In this document: positions 36,074-45,619 of the stretch, one piece after another
Layout: the number at the start of each line of letters is the position of its first letter
How positions within the stretch are numbered: position 1 is the stretch's first letter
Origin: Actinomycetes bacterium
Lineage (GTDB): Bacteria > Actinomycetota > Actinomycetes > S36-B12
Direction of reading: 5' to 3'
Assembly (NCBI GenBank): GCA_965657825.1
Contig: CBFHQG010000003.1
Location: 910-64,909, forward strand
DNA: 64,000 nucleotides
Translations under genes and position numbers: made by a program
The notes under the pieces: generated by a model
What the model was told of the DNA's origin: nothing
The model's database searches: none
What the model saw: only the letters and a program-made list of their open reading frames with translations

Positions 36074-36657
36074 CCGACGCCAAAGCGCCGACACCCCGCT
36101 CCACGCCCCCGCGTCGAATCGGCCTGCTGGGTGCGGAGAGCACTGGCAAGACCACCGTGGCCGAGGGCCTCGCGCGATCGATCGACGGTTTCATCGCCGA
36201 GGAGTACCTGCGCGACTTCGTCCGCGATTACGGCCGCACCCCCAGCCTCGCTGATCAGGAGGGGATCTTCCTCACCCAGCAGGCGACCGTCGCCACCGTC
36301 ACGCGTGCGGCCACCCATGCCGGGGTGCCGTGGATCATCGCGGACCCACTGCCGCTGATGACCGCGGTCTACAGCATCGTGTACTTCGATGACGATGCGT
36401 TGCTGACCGCGGGTATCGATGACGCGGCCGGCTACGACCTGCTGGTGTGGTGCGCACCGGATTTCCCCGGCTCACCCGAGCCGGCGATGCGCGATGGCGA
36501 GCAGATGCGCCGACGCACCGACGTGGTCATCACCGACCTGATCGCCCCCCGCCTGCCGCTGACGAAGGTCACCGGCGACCCCGAGACCCGATTAACCGAA
36601 ATCCGCAACTTTTGCGCCATTCTCCATGAGGGAGGCGTTGCGGATTTCGGCTCATGA
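36070..36657 (+). CDS. P-loop ATPase resembling the NadR ribosylnicotinamide kinase domain
   Basis: 195 aa. Walker A in the NadR-like context IGLLGAESTGKTTVAEGLA, followed by EEYLRDFV. Confidence 0.65.
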   Translation: MTDAKAPTPRSTPPRRIGLLGAESTGKTTVAEGLARSIDGFIAEEYLRDFVRDYGRTPSLADQEGIFLTQQATVATVTRAATHAGVPWIIADPLPLMTAVYSIVYFDDDALLTAGIDDAAGYDLLVWCAPDFPGSPEPAMRDGEQMRRRTDVVITDLIAPRLPLTKVTGDPETRLTEIRNFCAILHEGGVADFGS

Positions 36658-36734
36658 CCGGGGCAGGAACCCTCTCGACAGGAACCATGATGGGTCCCTG
36701 TGCCGTGTGGGCACCCGCGCCCGAACGCGACTGA

Positions 36735-36750
36735 CCTGACGTGCGTCAGG
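36735..36750. promoter_or_regulatory. 7-bp inverted repeat just upstream of hutG
   Basis: CCTGACG-TG-CGTCAGG. Its right arm overlaps the weak AGGA ribosome-binding site 7 nt before the ATG at 36759. Confidence 0.35.
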
Positions 36751-36758
36751 ATGAGCGC

Positions 36759-37664
36759 ATGAGCGAGCACCGCACCACCGATGATCCGCGCTGGCCGCGG
36801 GCCGGTACCTGGTTGGCCGGTGGGACAGACACGGCACGGGTCGATCTCGCCGTGCTCGGGGTACCGACGCACCGCACCTCGCTGAGCCCCACCCGCGCTG
36901 ACACCACCCCGGCCGCTATTCGCGAGGCGCTCAATCGCTACTCGACGTATTCGTCGATCCACGATGTCGACATCGCGTCCTTGTCCTGCCGCGACCTCGG
37001 GGATATCGAGCAGCCCGATGGTCCCGAAGGCGAACTCCGTGTCAGTGATGCCGTCCGCGAGGCCCTGCGCTCAGCGGAACTTCTCCTCGCCCTCGGCGGC
37101 GACAACTCCCTGACCTATCCCGTCGCCATCGGAGCGTGCCCCGATCTGGAGACTTCCGGACTCATCACCGTCGACGCCCACCACGATCTGCGCGACGGCA
37201 TCAGCAATGGGTCACCCGTGCAGCGCCTGATCGATGCCGGTCTGCGCGGTGATCGCATCGTGCAGATCGGTATCGCGGATTTCGCCAACTCTGCCCACTA
37301 CGCCCAGCGTGCTCGAGACCACGGCATCACCGTCATCAATCGGGAGTCGCTACACGACAGTCGTATCGACGATGTCATGGCACAGGCGATGCGAATCGCA
37401 GGAGCCGGCGGCGGCCCGATCCACGTCGACCTCGACGTCGACGTCTGCGACCGGTCGGTGGCGCCCGGCTGTCCGGCATCAGCCCCGGGCGGGATCAGTG
37501 CCGCAGAACTGCGCCGCATCGCGTTCCTCGCTGGACGCTCCCCTCGCGTGCACTCGATCGATATCGCCGAGATCGATGCGGCGGCAGATGCACCCGATCA
37601 GCGCACCGTGCGCCTCGGCGCCCTACTCCTACTCGAAGCCGCCGCGGGATTCGCCTGCAGGTAG
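36759..37664 (+). CDS. hutG: formimidoylglutamase (arginase/ureohydrolase family)
   Basis: 301 aa from the ATG at 36759 (alternative GTG at 36741). Arginase motifs GGDNS, DAHHD and DLDVDVCD. It sits next to hutHIU. Confidence 0.8.
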   Translation: MSEHRTTDDPRWPRAGTWLAGGTDTARVDLAVLGVPTHRTSLSPTRADTTPAAIREALNRYSTYSSIHDVDIASLSCRDLGDIEQPDGPEGELRVSDAVREALRSAELLLALGGDNSLTYPVAIGACPDLETSGLITVDAHHDLRDGISNGSPVQRLIDAGLRGDRIVQIGIADFANSAHYAQRARDHGITVINRESLHDSRIDDVMAQAMRIAGAGGGPIHVDLDVDVCDRSVAPGCPASAPGGISAAELRRIAFLAGRSPRVHSIDIAEIDAAADAPDQRTVRLGALLLLEAAAGFACR

Positions 37665-37680
37665 GAGCTGATGCGCAACC

Positions 37681-39225
37681 TCAGCCTGCTCGACGCGTCA
37701 ACGATTCCATCTCACGCACGATCGATTCGGCTGCACTGAGTTCGGGTGCGAGGTAGCGATCCGGTCCGGGGCCTGGAACGCGCTCCCGCAGCCGCTGGAG
37801 CACCTCAGCACTCCCAGCTCCCGGCTGCAAGGGCGCGCGTAGTTCGATCGCACGCGCTGCTGTGAGGAGTTCGATCGCCAGAATGCGTCGTAGATTCGCC
37901 ACGATCAGTCGCAGCTTGCGCGCCGCGTGCCAACCCATCGACACGTGATCCTCCTGCATGGCGGAGCTGGGGATGGAATCGACACTGGCAGGCGCGGCCA
38001 GTCGCTTGCACTCACTGACCAGCGCTGCCTGCGTGTACTGCGCGATCATCAGCCCGGAGTCGACGCCCGGATCATCAGCGAGGAACGGGGGCAGTCCGTG
38101 ACTGCGGGCCTTGTCCAGCATCCGGTCGGTGCGTCGCTCGGCCATCGAACCGACATCGGTCGCCGGGATCGCCAGGAAATCCAGCGCGTACGCGACCGGG
38201 GCACCGTGGAAGTTGCCATTGCTCGACACCGTCCCGTCTTCGAGAACGACCGGGTTATCGATCGCGGCGGCGAGTTCACGCTCTGCGACACCGCGAGCGA
38301 AATCGATCGTGTCACGCAGACCACCGGTGACCTGGGGAGCACATCGCAGCGAGTAGGCATCCTGCACGCGAGTGTCGGCCTCCCTGTGCGAGGCGACGAT
38401 GGGTGAACCGTCGAGGTGGGCGTACATCCGCGCCGCACTGTGCGCCTGGCCGGGATGAGGTCGCAAAGGACGGTGGAGTTCGGGGCGGAACACCGAGTCG
38501 GTCCCCAGGAGTCCTTCGACGCTCATCGCAGCGGTGATGTCGGCGACGTCGGCTAAACCGTCCAAATCAGCGAGGGCCAGGATGAGCATGCCGAGCATGC
38601 CGTCGGTGCCGTTGATGAGAGCCAGTCCCTCCTTCTCCTGCAACTCCACCGGGGTGATGCCGGCGTCGTCGAGCAACTCGGGAACGGGTCGGGTGAACCC
38701 CTCGGCATCCTGCGCATCACCCTCTCCCATCAGCACCAGGGCGCAGTGGGCGAGCGGTGCGAGATCACCGCTGCACCCCAGTGAACCGAACTCGCCGACC
38801 ACCGGGGTGATACCCGCATTGAGCAGGTCGACCATGGTCTGGGCGATGACGGGACGCACGCCGGTGCGACCACTGCACAGTGTCTTCGCGCGCAGGAACA
38901 TCAACGCACGGACCACCTCGCGCTCGACGGGTTCGCCCATTCCCGCGGCATGCGAGCGCACGAGCGAGCGCTGCAGTTGCACGCGTTGCTCGACGGGGAT
39001 GTGCCGGTTGGCGAGTGCTCCGAATCCGGTGGAGATGCCGTATGTCGGCGTGGCCGATGCCGCGAGCGCTTCGACCTGTGCACGAGTGCGGGCCATGGCA
39101 GTGAGTGCCTCCTCGGCGATCACCACGCGCGCTCCCTCGCGGGCGACGGCGATGACGTCCTCGATCGTCACCCCCGTGGTTCCCACGGTCACGGTCGCAC
39201 CCACCTGATCGGACTCGCCCATCAC
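37681..39225 (-). CDS. hutH: histidine ammonia-lyase
   Basis: 514 aa with the MIO-forming [12 protein letters not shown] motif and the QEDHVSMG block. Confidence 0.95.
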   Translation of the reverse strand: MMGESDQVGATVTVGTTGVTIEDVIAVAREGARVVIAEEALTAMARTRAQVEALAASATPTYGISTGFGALANRHIPVEQRVQLQRSLVRSHAAGMGEPVEREVVRALMFLRAKTLCSGRTGVRPVIAQTMVDLLNAGITPVVGEFGSLGCSGDLAPLAHCALVLMGEGDAQDAEGFTRPVPELLDDAGITPVELQEKEGLALINGTDGMLGMLILALADLDGLADVADITAAMSVEGLLGTDSVFRPELHRPLRPHPGQAHSAARMYAHLDGSPIVASHREADTRVQDAYSLRCAPQVTGGLRDTIDFARGVAERELAAAIDNPVVLEDGTVSSNGNFHGAPVAYALDFLAIPATDVGSMAERRTDRMLDKARSHGLPPFLADDPGVDSGLMIAQYTQAALVSECKRLAAPASVDSIPSSAMQEDHVSMGWHAARKLRLIVANLRRILAIELLTAARAIELRAPLQPGAGSAEVLQRLRERVPGPGPDRYLAPELSAAESIVREMESLTRRAG

Positions 39226-40424
39226 CCACGGCCTCCTCGATCGCCATTACCTGCTGTGAGCCGCACGCCACCCCTCCACACCTCATCGATCTGGTCGACC
39301 CCGGGACGATAGGCCAGGTAGAGCGGATTGGGCGCATCCAGGACGACGAGATCCGCCCGGGCACCCGGCTCGATACGCCCCACATCATCGCGCCGAAGCG
39401 CCCGTGCGCCACCGAGCGTGGCGGCGGTGAGTGCTTCAGCCGGTGTCATGTGCATCTCGCGCACCGCCATCGCGACACACCACGGCATGCTCGTGGTGTA
39501 GCTCGAGCCGGGATTGCAGTCTGTGGCGATCGCCACGGTCACCCCGGCATCGAGGAGACGACGCGCATCCGGGTAGGGGGAGCGAGTGGAGAACTCCGCA
39601 CCGGGCAGCAGGGTGGCCACCGTGTCGGAATCGGCGAGCGCATCGACATCGGCATCATCCAGATGGGTGCAGTGATCAGCGGATGCCGCACCGAGCTCGA
39701 CCGCGATCTGCACGCCAGGGCCGTGCTGCAGTTGATTGGCGTGCACCCTCGGCAGCAATCCCGCATCGATACCGGCGCTCAGGATGGCTCGAGCCTGGTC
39801 ACCATCGAAGGCTCCGCGATCGCAGAACACATCGATCCACCGGGCGTGCGGCCGGCACGCCTCGAGCATGGCCCCGGTGACGAGATCGACGTATCCGCCA
39901 ACGTCATCAGCGAATTCCGCGGGCACCACGTGCGCACCGAGGTAGGTGGTCTCCGGGGTGAAGTGGGCAGCGATGCTCAATGCGCGCGACTCATCGTGCA
40001 CGGTAAGGCCATAGCCGGACTTGATCTCGAATGTCGTCACCCCTGACGTCAGGAACTCGTCGACCAGCCGCTGGGCATTGGCCTGCAGAGCATCATCGGT
40101 GGCCTCGCGGGTCGCCCGGACCGTCGAGGTGATCCCTCCCGCGGAGTACCGCTGACCGCTCATGCGCGCGGCGAACTCCGCACTTCGTTCACCGGCGAAG
40201 ATGAGGTGCGCGTGACTATCGACGAAGCCGGGGATGACACATCGGCCACCGAGACTGCGCGCGCTGTCCGCCGCAGGAGCGGCATCAGCAGAGCCGACCC
40301 ACGCAATGCGATCACCGTCGAGGACGACGGCCGCGTCCGCAATATCGCCGCGCTCGGTCTGGGTGGACACCACACCGATGTCGGTGAGCAGGATCGAGGT
40401 GCGACCGGATGCTGCGCCGCTCAT
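39222..40424 (-). CDS. hutI: imidazolonepropionase
   Basis: 400 aa. Amidohydrolase HxH (DSHAHL) with typical HutI blocks. Overlaps on both sides with hutU and hutH. Confidence 0.9.
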   Translation of the reverse strand: MSGAASGRTSILLTDIGVVSTQTERGDIADAAVVLDGDRIAWVGSADAAPAADSARSLGGRCVIPGFVDSHAHLIFAGERSAEFAARMSGQRYSAGGITSTVRATREATDDALQANAQRLVDEFLTSGVTTFEIKSGYGLTVHDESRALSIAAHFTPETTYLGAHVVPAEFADDVGGYVDLVTGAMLEACRPHARWIDVFCDRGAFDGDQARAILSAGIDAGLLPRVHANQLQHGPGVQIAVELGAASADHCTHLDDADVDALADSDTVATLLPGAEFSTRSPYPDARRLLDAGVTVAIATDCNPGSSYTTSMPWCVAMAVREMHMTPAEALTAATLGGARALRRDDVGRIEPGARADLVVLDAPNPLYLAYRPGVDQIDEVWRGGVRLTAGNGDRGGRG

Positions 40425-42103
40425 GCCTGCTCACGCATCGGGATGCGCACGCCGCGCTGCTCGGCGACCTCGACAGCCTCGTCGTACCCGGCATCGCAGT
40501 GGCGCATCACACCGGTGCCGGGATCATTGGTCAGCACCCGCTCGAGCTTCTGCCCGGCTAGTTCCGTGCCGTCGGCGACGCTCACCTGACCGGAGTGGAT
40601 CGAACGACCCATTCCCACTCCGCCACCGTGGTGGATCGACACCCACGAGGCACCGGATGACACGTTGAGCATCGCGTTGAGCAACGGCCAATCAGCGATG
40701 GCATCGGAGCCGTCCAACATGCCCTCGGTCTCCCGATAGGGGGACGCGACCGATCCGCAATCCAGGTGATCCCGCCCGATGACGATCGGCGCGGCGACCT
40801 CACCGTGGGCGACCAGGTCGTTGAAGGCCAGCCCGGCCTTCTCGCGCTCGCCATAACCCAGCCAGCAGATGCGCGCGGGCAGACCCTGGAACGCCACCCG
40901 CTCCGAGGCCATGGTGATCCAGCGCCGCAGGTGGTCGTTATCGGGAAAGAGTTCGAGCACTGCCCGATCGGTGCGTGCGATGTCGGCGGGATCTCCACTG
41001 AGGGCGACCCAGCGGAACGGCCCTTTGCCCTCGCAGAACAGCGGGCGGATGTAGGCGGGGATGAAACCGGGGAAGTCGAAGGCCCGGTTATAGCCGCCCT
41101 TGCGCGCCTCATCGCGGATGGAGTTGCCGTAGTCGAAGACCTCCGCCCCGGCATCCATGAAATCGACCATCGCCTCGACGTGCATCGCCATCGACGCCTG
41201 AGCCCGATCAGTGAACTCCTCCGGCTTCTGGCGGGCGTAGTCGTGCGCATCATCCAGATCGATGCCCTCGGGGATATAGGCCAGCGGGTCGTGCGCCGAG
41301 GTCTGGTCGGTGACGATGTCCACGGGGACTCCCCTGCGGTACAACTCCGGCAGGACGATCGCCGCATTGCCCACGAGCCCGACCGAGATCGCTTTGCGCT
41401 GCTCCTTGTACGACACGACGCGGGCGATCGCATCGTCGAGATCATCGGCGATCTCATCGAGATAACGGGTCTCCACTCGACGGCGCAGCCGAGTGGGATC
41501 GATGTCGATGATGAGGCAGGTGCCCTCGTTCATCGTCACCGCGAGCGGCTGCGCACCTCCCATGCCGCCCGCCCCGGAGGTCACCGTCAAGGTGCCTGCC
41601 AGCGTGCCACCGAATCGCTTCTCGGCGACCGCTGCGAACGTCTCGTACGTGCCCTGCAGGATCCCCTGCGTACCGATGTAGATCCACGAGCCGGCTGTCA
41701 TCTGCCCGTACATCGTCAAGCCCAGTCGCTCAAGGCGGCGGAACTCCGGCCAGGTCGCCCAGTCCCCCACCAGATTGGAGTTGGCCAGCAGTACCCGCGG
41801 CGCCCACTCATGCGTGCGGAACACCCCGACCGGTCGGCCGGACTGCACCAGCATCGTCTCGTCGGGAGCGAGAGTGGTCAGGGTGCGGGCCATCGCATCG
41901 AAGGACGCCCAGTCGCGCGCTGCTCGCCCGGTGCCGCCGTAGACGACGAGCTCCTCGGGGTGCTCGGCGACCTGCGGGTCGAGGTTGTTGTGCAGCATCC
42001 GCAGGGCAGCCTCGGTCGGCCAACTGCGCGCGGTGAGCGTGGTGCCGCGCGCGGCCCGCACGGGGCGGGATCCGCTCAGGGTGTCGTGGGCCAGATCGGT
42101 CAT
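40421..42103 (-). CDS. hutU: urocanate hydratase
   Basis: 560 aa with highly conserved urocanase blocks ([40 protein letters not shown]). Confidence 0.96.
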   Translation of the reverse strand: MTDLAHDTLSGSRPVRAARGTTLTARSWPTEAALRMLHNNLDPQVAEHPEELVVYGGTGRAARDWASFDAMARTLTTLAPDETMLVQSGRPVGVFRTHEWAPRVLLANSNLVGDWATWPEFRRLERLGLTMYGQMTAGSWIYIGTQGILQGTYETFAAVAEKRFGGTLAGTLTVTSGAGGMGGAQPLAVTMNEGTCLIIDIDPTRLRRRVETRYLDEIADDLDDAIARVVSYKEQRKAISVGLVGNAAIVLPELYRRGVPVDIVTDQTSAHDPLAYIPEGIDLDDAHDYARQKPEEFTDRAQASMAMHVEAMVDFMDAGAEVFDYGNSIRDEARKGGYNRAFDFPGFIPAYIRPLFCEGKGPFRWVALSGDPADIARTDRAVLELFPDNDHLRRWITMASERVAFQGLPARICWLGYGEREKAGLAFNDLVAHGEVAAPIVIGRDHLDCGSVASPYRETEGMLDGSDAIADWPLLNAMLNVSSGASWVSIHHGGGVGMGRSIHSGQVSVADGTELAGQKLERVLTNDPGTGVMRHCDAGYDEAVEVAEQRGVRIPMREQA

Positions 42104-42208
42104 GGGGATCCCTTCCTCGCGGCCATCGGATCACCTGCGGTGATGACGCTTCGTGGGCTCATCCTCATCGGCGCCATCGGGACTCGACAGGCGGCGAAGG
42201 TGCCAGCT

Positions 42209-42224
42209 GTCTGGGATCCCAGAC
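42209..42224. promoter_or_regulatory. perfect 16-bp palindrome in the hutU / iclR divergent region
   Basis: GTCTGGGATCCCAGAC equals its own reverse complement. It lies 106 nt from the hutU start and 77 nt from the iclR start. Confidence 0.5.
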
Positions 42225-42300
42225 TATGCTGCCTTCTCGTGGCCATCCGTGGTGTCGCCAACCGGAGCGCACACCGGCGTGCGGATCGGGACGCGGATCG

Positions 42301-43068
42301 ATGAGCAAAGTCCCCGCAGCGACGTCGACCCTCGACCTACTGCGCGCCCTGGCCAGCCGTGGACCCTCGACCGCGACCGCCCTCGCCGAAGCGATCGGCA
42401 TCCCGCGCAGCACCACCTACCACCTGCTGTCGGTGCTGACCGAGAACGGGTTCGTCGTGCATCTGCCCGATGAGCGACGCTGGACTCTCGGGCCGAGCGC
42501 CTTCGAGATCGGGATGGCCTATCTGCGCCATGATCCACGCGAGGCACTCGCACGCCCGGTGCTCACCGAACTGGCCGAGCGCGTCGGGCACACCGTGCAC
42601 CTCGCCGCACTGCACGGCAGCGAAGTCGTCTACCTGCTCAAGGAGTCTCCGCGTAGTCCACGGCGGGCCTCGACCCACATCACCGACGTCGGGGTGCGGC
42701 TACCGGCCGCAACGACGGCGAGCGGACGCGCGATGCTCGCGACACTGTCGGCCGAACAGGTGCGAGCGGTGATGAGCTCACCGACCGCCTTCGTCTCGCG
42801 CACGGGGCGAGGACCCACCTCACTATCAGCCCTGCGCTCAGTGCTGACCAGAGAGCGGCGTGCGGGATACGCCCTCGAGGATGGCGAGATCCTCGACGGT
42901 TACGCCTCCGTGGGTGTCGCGATCATCGACTCAGCCGGCCGATTGGCGGGAGCGGTGAGCGTGACGGTCCACACCACCGACGATGCCGCCGACCTCGACA
43001 GCGTGATCGCGTATGTGCCCGAGGTGCGCAACGCCGTCGACACGATCGCAACCCGACTGAGTAGATGA
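42301..43068 (+). CDS. IclR family transcriptional regulator, probable hut regulator
   Basis: 255 aa from the ATG at 42301 with the wHTH LAEAIGIPRSTTYHLLSVL and an IclR effector domain. It is divergent from hutU. Confidence 0.85.
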   Translation: MSKVPAATSTLDLLRALASRGPSTATALAEAIGIPRSTTYHLLSVLTENGFVVHLPDERRWTLGPSAFEIGMAYLRHDPREALARPVLTELAERVGHTVHLAALHGSEVVYLLKESPRSPRRASTHITDVGVRLPAATTASGRAMLATLSAEQVRAVMSSPTAFVSRTGRGPTSLSALRSVLTRERRAGYALEDGEILDGYASVGVAIIDSAGRLAGAVSVTVHTTDDAADLDSVIAYVPEVRNAVDTIATRLSR

Positions 43069-43070
43069 AC

Positions 43071-43129
43071 AACAACGGCGCGAAACCGGACTAACACCCC
43101 GGAATTAGTACCGATAATCGTCGTTCTCG
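43071..43129 (+). repeat. copy B of the repeated intergenic hairpin element
   Basis: AACCGGACTAAC at 43084-43095 and CGTCGTTCTCG at 43119-43129. 12 of the 23 positions between the cores match copy A. It lies between convergent iclR and the aldehyde dehydrogenase gene. Confidence 0.75.
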
Positions 43130-43136
43130 GGCCGAA

Positions 43137-44588
43137 TCAGCCGAGTACGCCGTCCACACGTCGCGGGATCCCCCAGGGGTTGCCCTCGCGAACCGCGGCC
43201 GGCTGCCACGCCTCCGGCACACTCTGGAAGGTCACCGGGCGCAGGAACCGGTCGACGGAGGCCGCACCCACACTCGTCGTCTCCGGACGCGTCGTTGCCG
43301 GGAAGGGTCCGCCGTGCTGCATCGACCACGTCACTGCGACACCGGTCGGCCAGCCACCCCACAGCACGCGCCCTGCATGCGCGGCGAGACGTGGCAGCAG
43401 GTCAGCGAGCACGTTCTCCTCCCCGTTGGCGTGCACGCCCGCGGCGAGTAAACCGGGTAGGGCATCGGCGATGCTGAGCATCTGCGCGTCATCGTCGTAC
43501 TCCACAAGTAGCGACATCGGCCCGAAACATTCCTCGAGAAGTTCCGGATGCGCGAGGATCGCCGCCGCTGACACGGACATGAGCGTGGGACGCACGGCAT
43601 CGGCCGCCTCATCGTGACCGCCTGTGTGCAGCACCTCGACATCATCGATCGCGATCCGGGAGTCGACTCCGGCGAGGAACGTGTCTCGAATGGCGTCGGT
43701 GAGCATGCGCTGACCAGGTGCTCCCCCGACGGCATCGATCAACGCCGATCGCAGTTGCTCACTGCGCGGCGCGATCAGCAATCCGGGCTTGGTGCAGAAC
43801 TGCCCCGCACCGAGGGTGAACGAACCGACGAATCCGGCTGCGATTTCGGCTTCGTGACCGGAGAGGTAGGTCTCGGTCACGAACATGGGATTGACGCTGC
43901 CGAGTTCGCCGAAGAACGGGATAGGTCGCGGCCGCCCAGCGGCCAGTTGGGCTAGCGCGAGGCCGCCGCGCTGACTGCCGGTGAACGCGACCGCCTCGAT
44001 CCGATCATCGGCGACCAGATCGATGCCCGTCTGCAGGCCGTCATCGACCAGACCGAGAACACCTTCGGGAGCACCAGCCGCGGCCAGTGCATCCTGGGCG
44101 ATCACCATGATGGCGTCGGACAATCGGGGGTGGCCGGGATTGGGCTTGACCACCACGGGGCACCCGGCCGCAAGAGCCGATGCCGTGTCACCGCCCAGCG
44201 TGGAGAACGCGAAGGGGAAGTTGCTGGCGGCGAACACCGCGACCGGGCCAAGCGGGATGTTCATCCGGCGCAGGTCCGGGCGCGGGGGGGTCAGCGCGGG
44301 ATCAGCATGATCGATGACGACACCCAGGAACGCACCATCACGCACCACCTTCGCCATGAGGCGGAGCTGCCCCGTTGTCCGCCCGACCTCACCACGCAGC
44401 CGCTCCTCACCCAGGCGACTCTCGGTCATCGCAATCGGCACGAGGTGATCGGCGTTCGAGTCCACCGCATCGGCGATCGCTTCCAGCAGCGACGCTCGGG
44501 TCGGCAGGTCGGTGGCGGCACACCACTCGGCGGCCGACCGCGCCTTCGCACATGCGGCCTCGACGGTGGTGATGCGGGTGCTGGACAT
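43137..44588 (-). CDS. aldehyde dehydrogenase; candidate alpha-ketoglutarate semialdehyde (2,5-dioxovalerate) dehydrogenase
   Basis: 483 aa from the ATG at 44588 (GAGGGAG upstream). ALDH blocks FTGS, ELGS.NP and GQFCT (catalytic Cys). The substrate is inferred from the operon context. Confidence 0.75.
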   Translation of the reverse strand: MSSTRITTVEAACAKARSAAEWCAATDLPTRASLLEAIADAVDSNADHLVPIAMTESRLGEERLRGEVGRTTGQLRLMAKVVRDGAFLGVVIDHADPALTPPRPDLRRMNIPLGPVAVFAASNFPFAFSTLGGDTASALAAGCPVVVKPNPGHPRLSDAIMVIAQDALAAAGAPEGVLGLVDDGLQTGIDLVADDRIEAVAFTGSQRGGLALAQLAAGRPRPIPFFGELGSVNPMFVTETYLSGHEAEIAAGFVGSFTLGAGQFCTKPGLLIAPRSEQLRSALIDAVGGAPGQRMLTDAIRDTFLAGVDSRIAIDDVEVLHTGGHDEAADAVRPTLMSVSAAAILAHPELLEECFGPMSLLVEYDDDAQMLSIADALPGLLAAGVHANGEENVLADLLPRLAAHAGRVLWGGWPTGVAVTWSMQHGGPFPATTRPETTSVGAASVDRFLRPVTFQSVPEAWQPAAVREGNPWGIPRRVDGVLG

Positions 44589-44605
44589 GACGTACTCCCT
44601 CTCGC

Positions 44606-44643
44606 GTCGGGTTGAACACTGTGTCGGGTTGAACACTGTGTCG
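44606..44643. repeat. perfect 17-bp tandem duplication (2.2 copies) upstream of the aldehyde dehydrogenase gene
   Basis: GTCGGGTTGAACACTGT occurs at 44606-44622 and again at 44623-44639, followed by GTCG. It lies 18-55 nt upstream of the ATG at 44588 on the minus strand. Confidence 0.85.
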
Positions 44644-44680
44644 TCGTGGTGCGTGGTCGTTTCGCGCAGGCCAAGCGTGA

Positions 44681-45619
44681 CTACCGGGCGATGCGGGCGC
44701 TGACGACCGCATCCTCCCAGCCCATCCCCATGCTCTTGAAGACGCGTGAGCCGGGCAGGTCGAATTCCGATGTGACGAGGTCGGTGAGATCGGCATCGAT
44801 GTCATCTGCGGTCATCAATCCGTCATTGATCGGGATCACCACATCTCCGGCCTCGCGGAGTGCAGCCTGACGATTCTCGACCGCGACGAAGGATCGCGCG
44901 ACCAGCTCGCCGGGGAGTTCGCGTCCCGTGGGTGAGTGGCCGCCGATCGCGATCGCGGTGACATCGTGCCCGGGATCAGCGAATACCGGAGTCGTCGCGG
45001 TGGTCGCGCACACGATGATGTCAGCCTGCGCCGTACTCCCTGTCGACGCATCGGAGGAGACGGCCTCGATATCGAGGTCGGGGTGGCGCTTGCGCGCTGC
45101 AGCGACCATCGCCTCAGCACGCTCCGGCCGGCGCGCGGCGACACTGACGGTCGTGAGGGGCCATTCGGCGGCGATCGCATCGAGGTGGGCAGCACCCTGC
45201 GGGCCAGCACCGAAGATCACCAACCTCGCCGCATCACGCGGTGCGAGTGCACGCAGGGCCACGATGCTGATCGCGGTGGTCCGGATCACGGTGAGTGCGG
45301 CGGCATCCATGATGACCCGTGGTGCGAGTGACACCGGATCGCAGACCAGGTGCACACCCTTGATGCGTTCACCTGGCCCATCCGGGTCATGCAGGATCGT
45401 CACGATCTTGATCGTCGGAGTGCCCGTGACCCGGCTGGGCATCATCAGCATCTCGCCGTTGGGCAGATCCATGAACTGCCGCGGCGGATCCTCTTCGCCG
45501 GGAAGTCCAGCCCGCAACGCGTCCTCCAGGGCGTCGGCGCACTGGCCGATGCTGGCCGCCGCATACGTTGCCTCTTGATCGAGGTAGACCGGATCGCCGA
45601 GGTGCACCGCGTCACTCAT
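44681..45619 (-). CDS. ornithine cyclodeaminase / mu-crystallin family protein; candidate pyrroline-2-carboxylate reductase
   Basis: 312 aa from the ATG at 45619 (8-nt overlap ATGAGTGA with the upstream gene). Rossmann motif VIFGAGPQGAAH. Confidence 0.7.
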   Translation of the reverse strand: MSDAVHLGDPVYLDQEATYAAASIGQCADALEDALRAGLPGEEDPPRQFMDLPNGEMLMMPSRVTGTPTIKIVTILHDPDGPGERIKGVHLVCDPVSLAPRVIMDAAALTVIRTTAISIVALRALAPRDAARLVIFGAGPQGAAHLDAIAAEWPLTTVSVAARRPERAEAMVAAARKRHPDLDIEAVSSDASTGSTAQADIIVCATTATTPVFADPGHDVTAIAIGGHSPTGRELPGELVARSFVAVENRQAALREAGDVVIPINDGLMTADDIDADLTDLVTSEFDLPGSRVFKSMGMGWEDAVVSARIAR

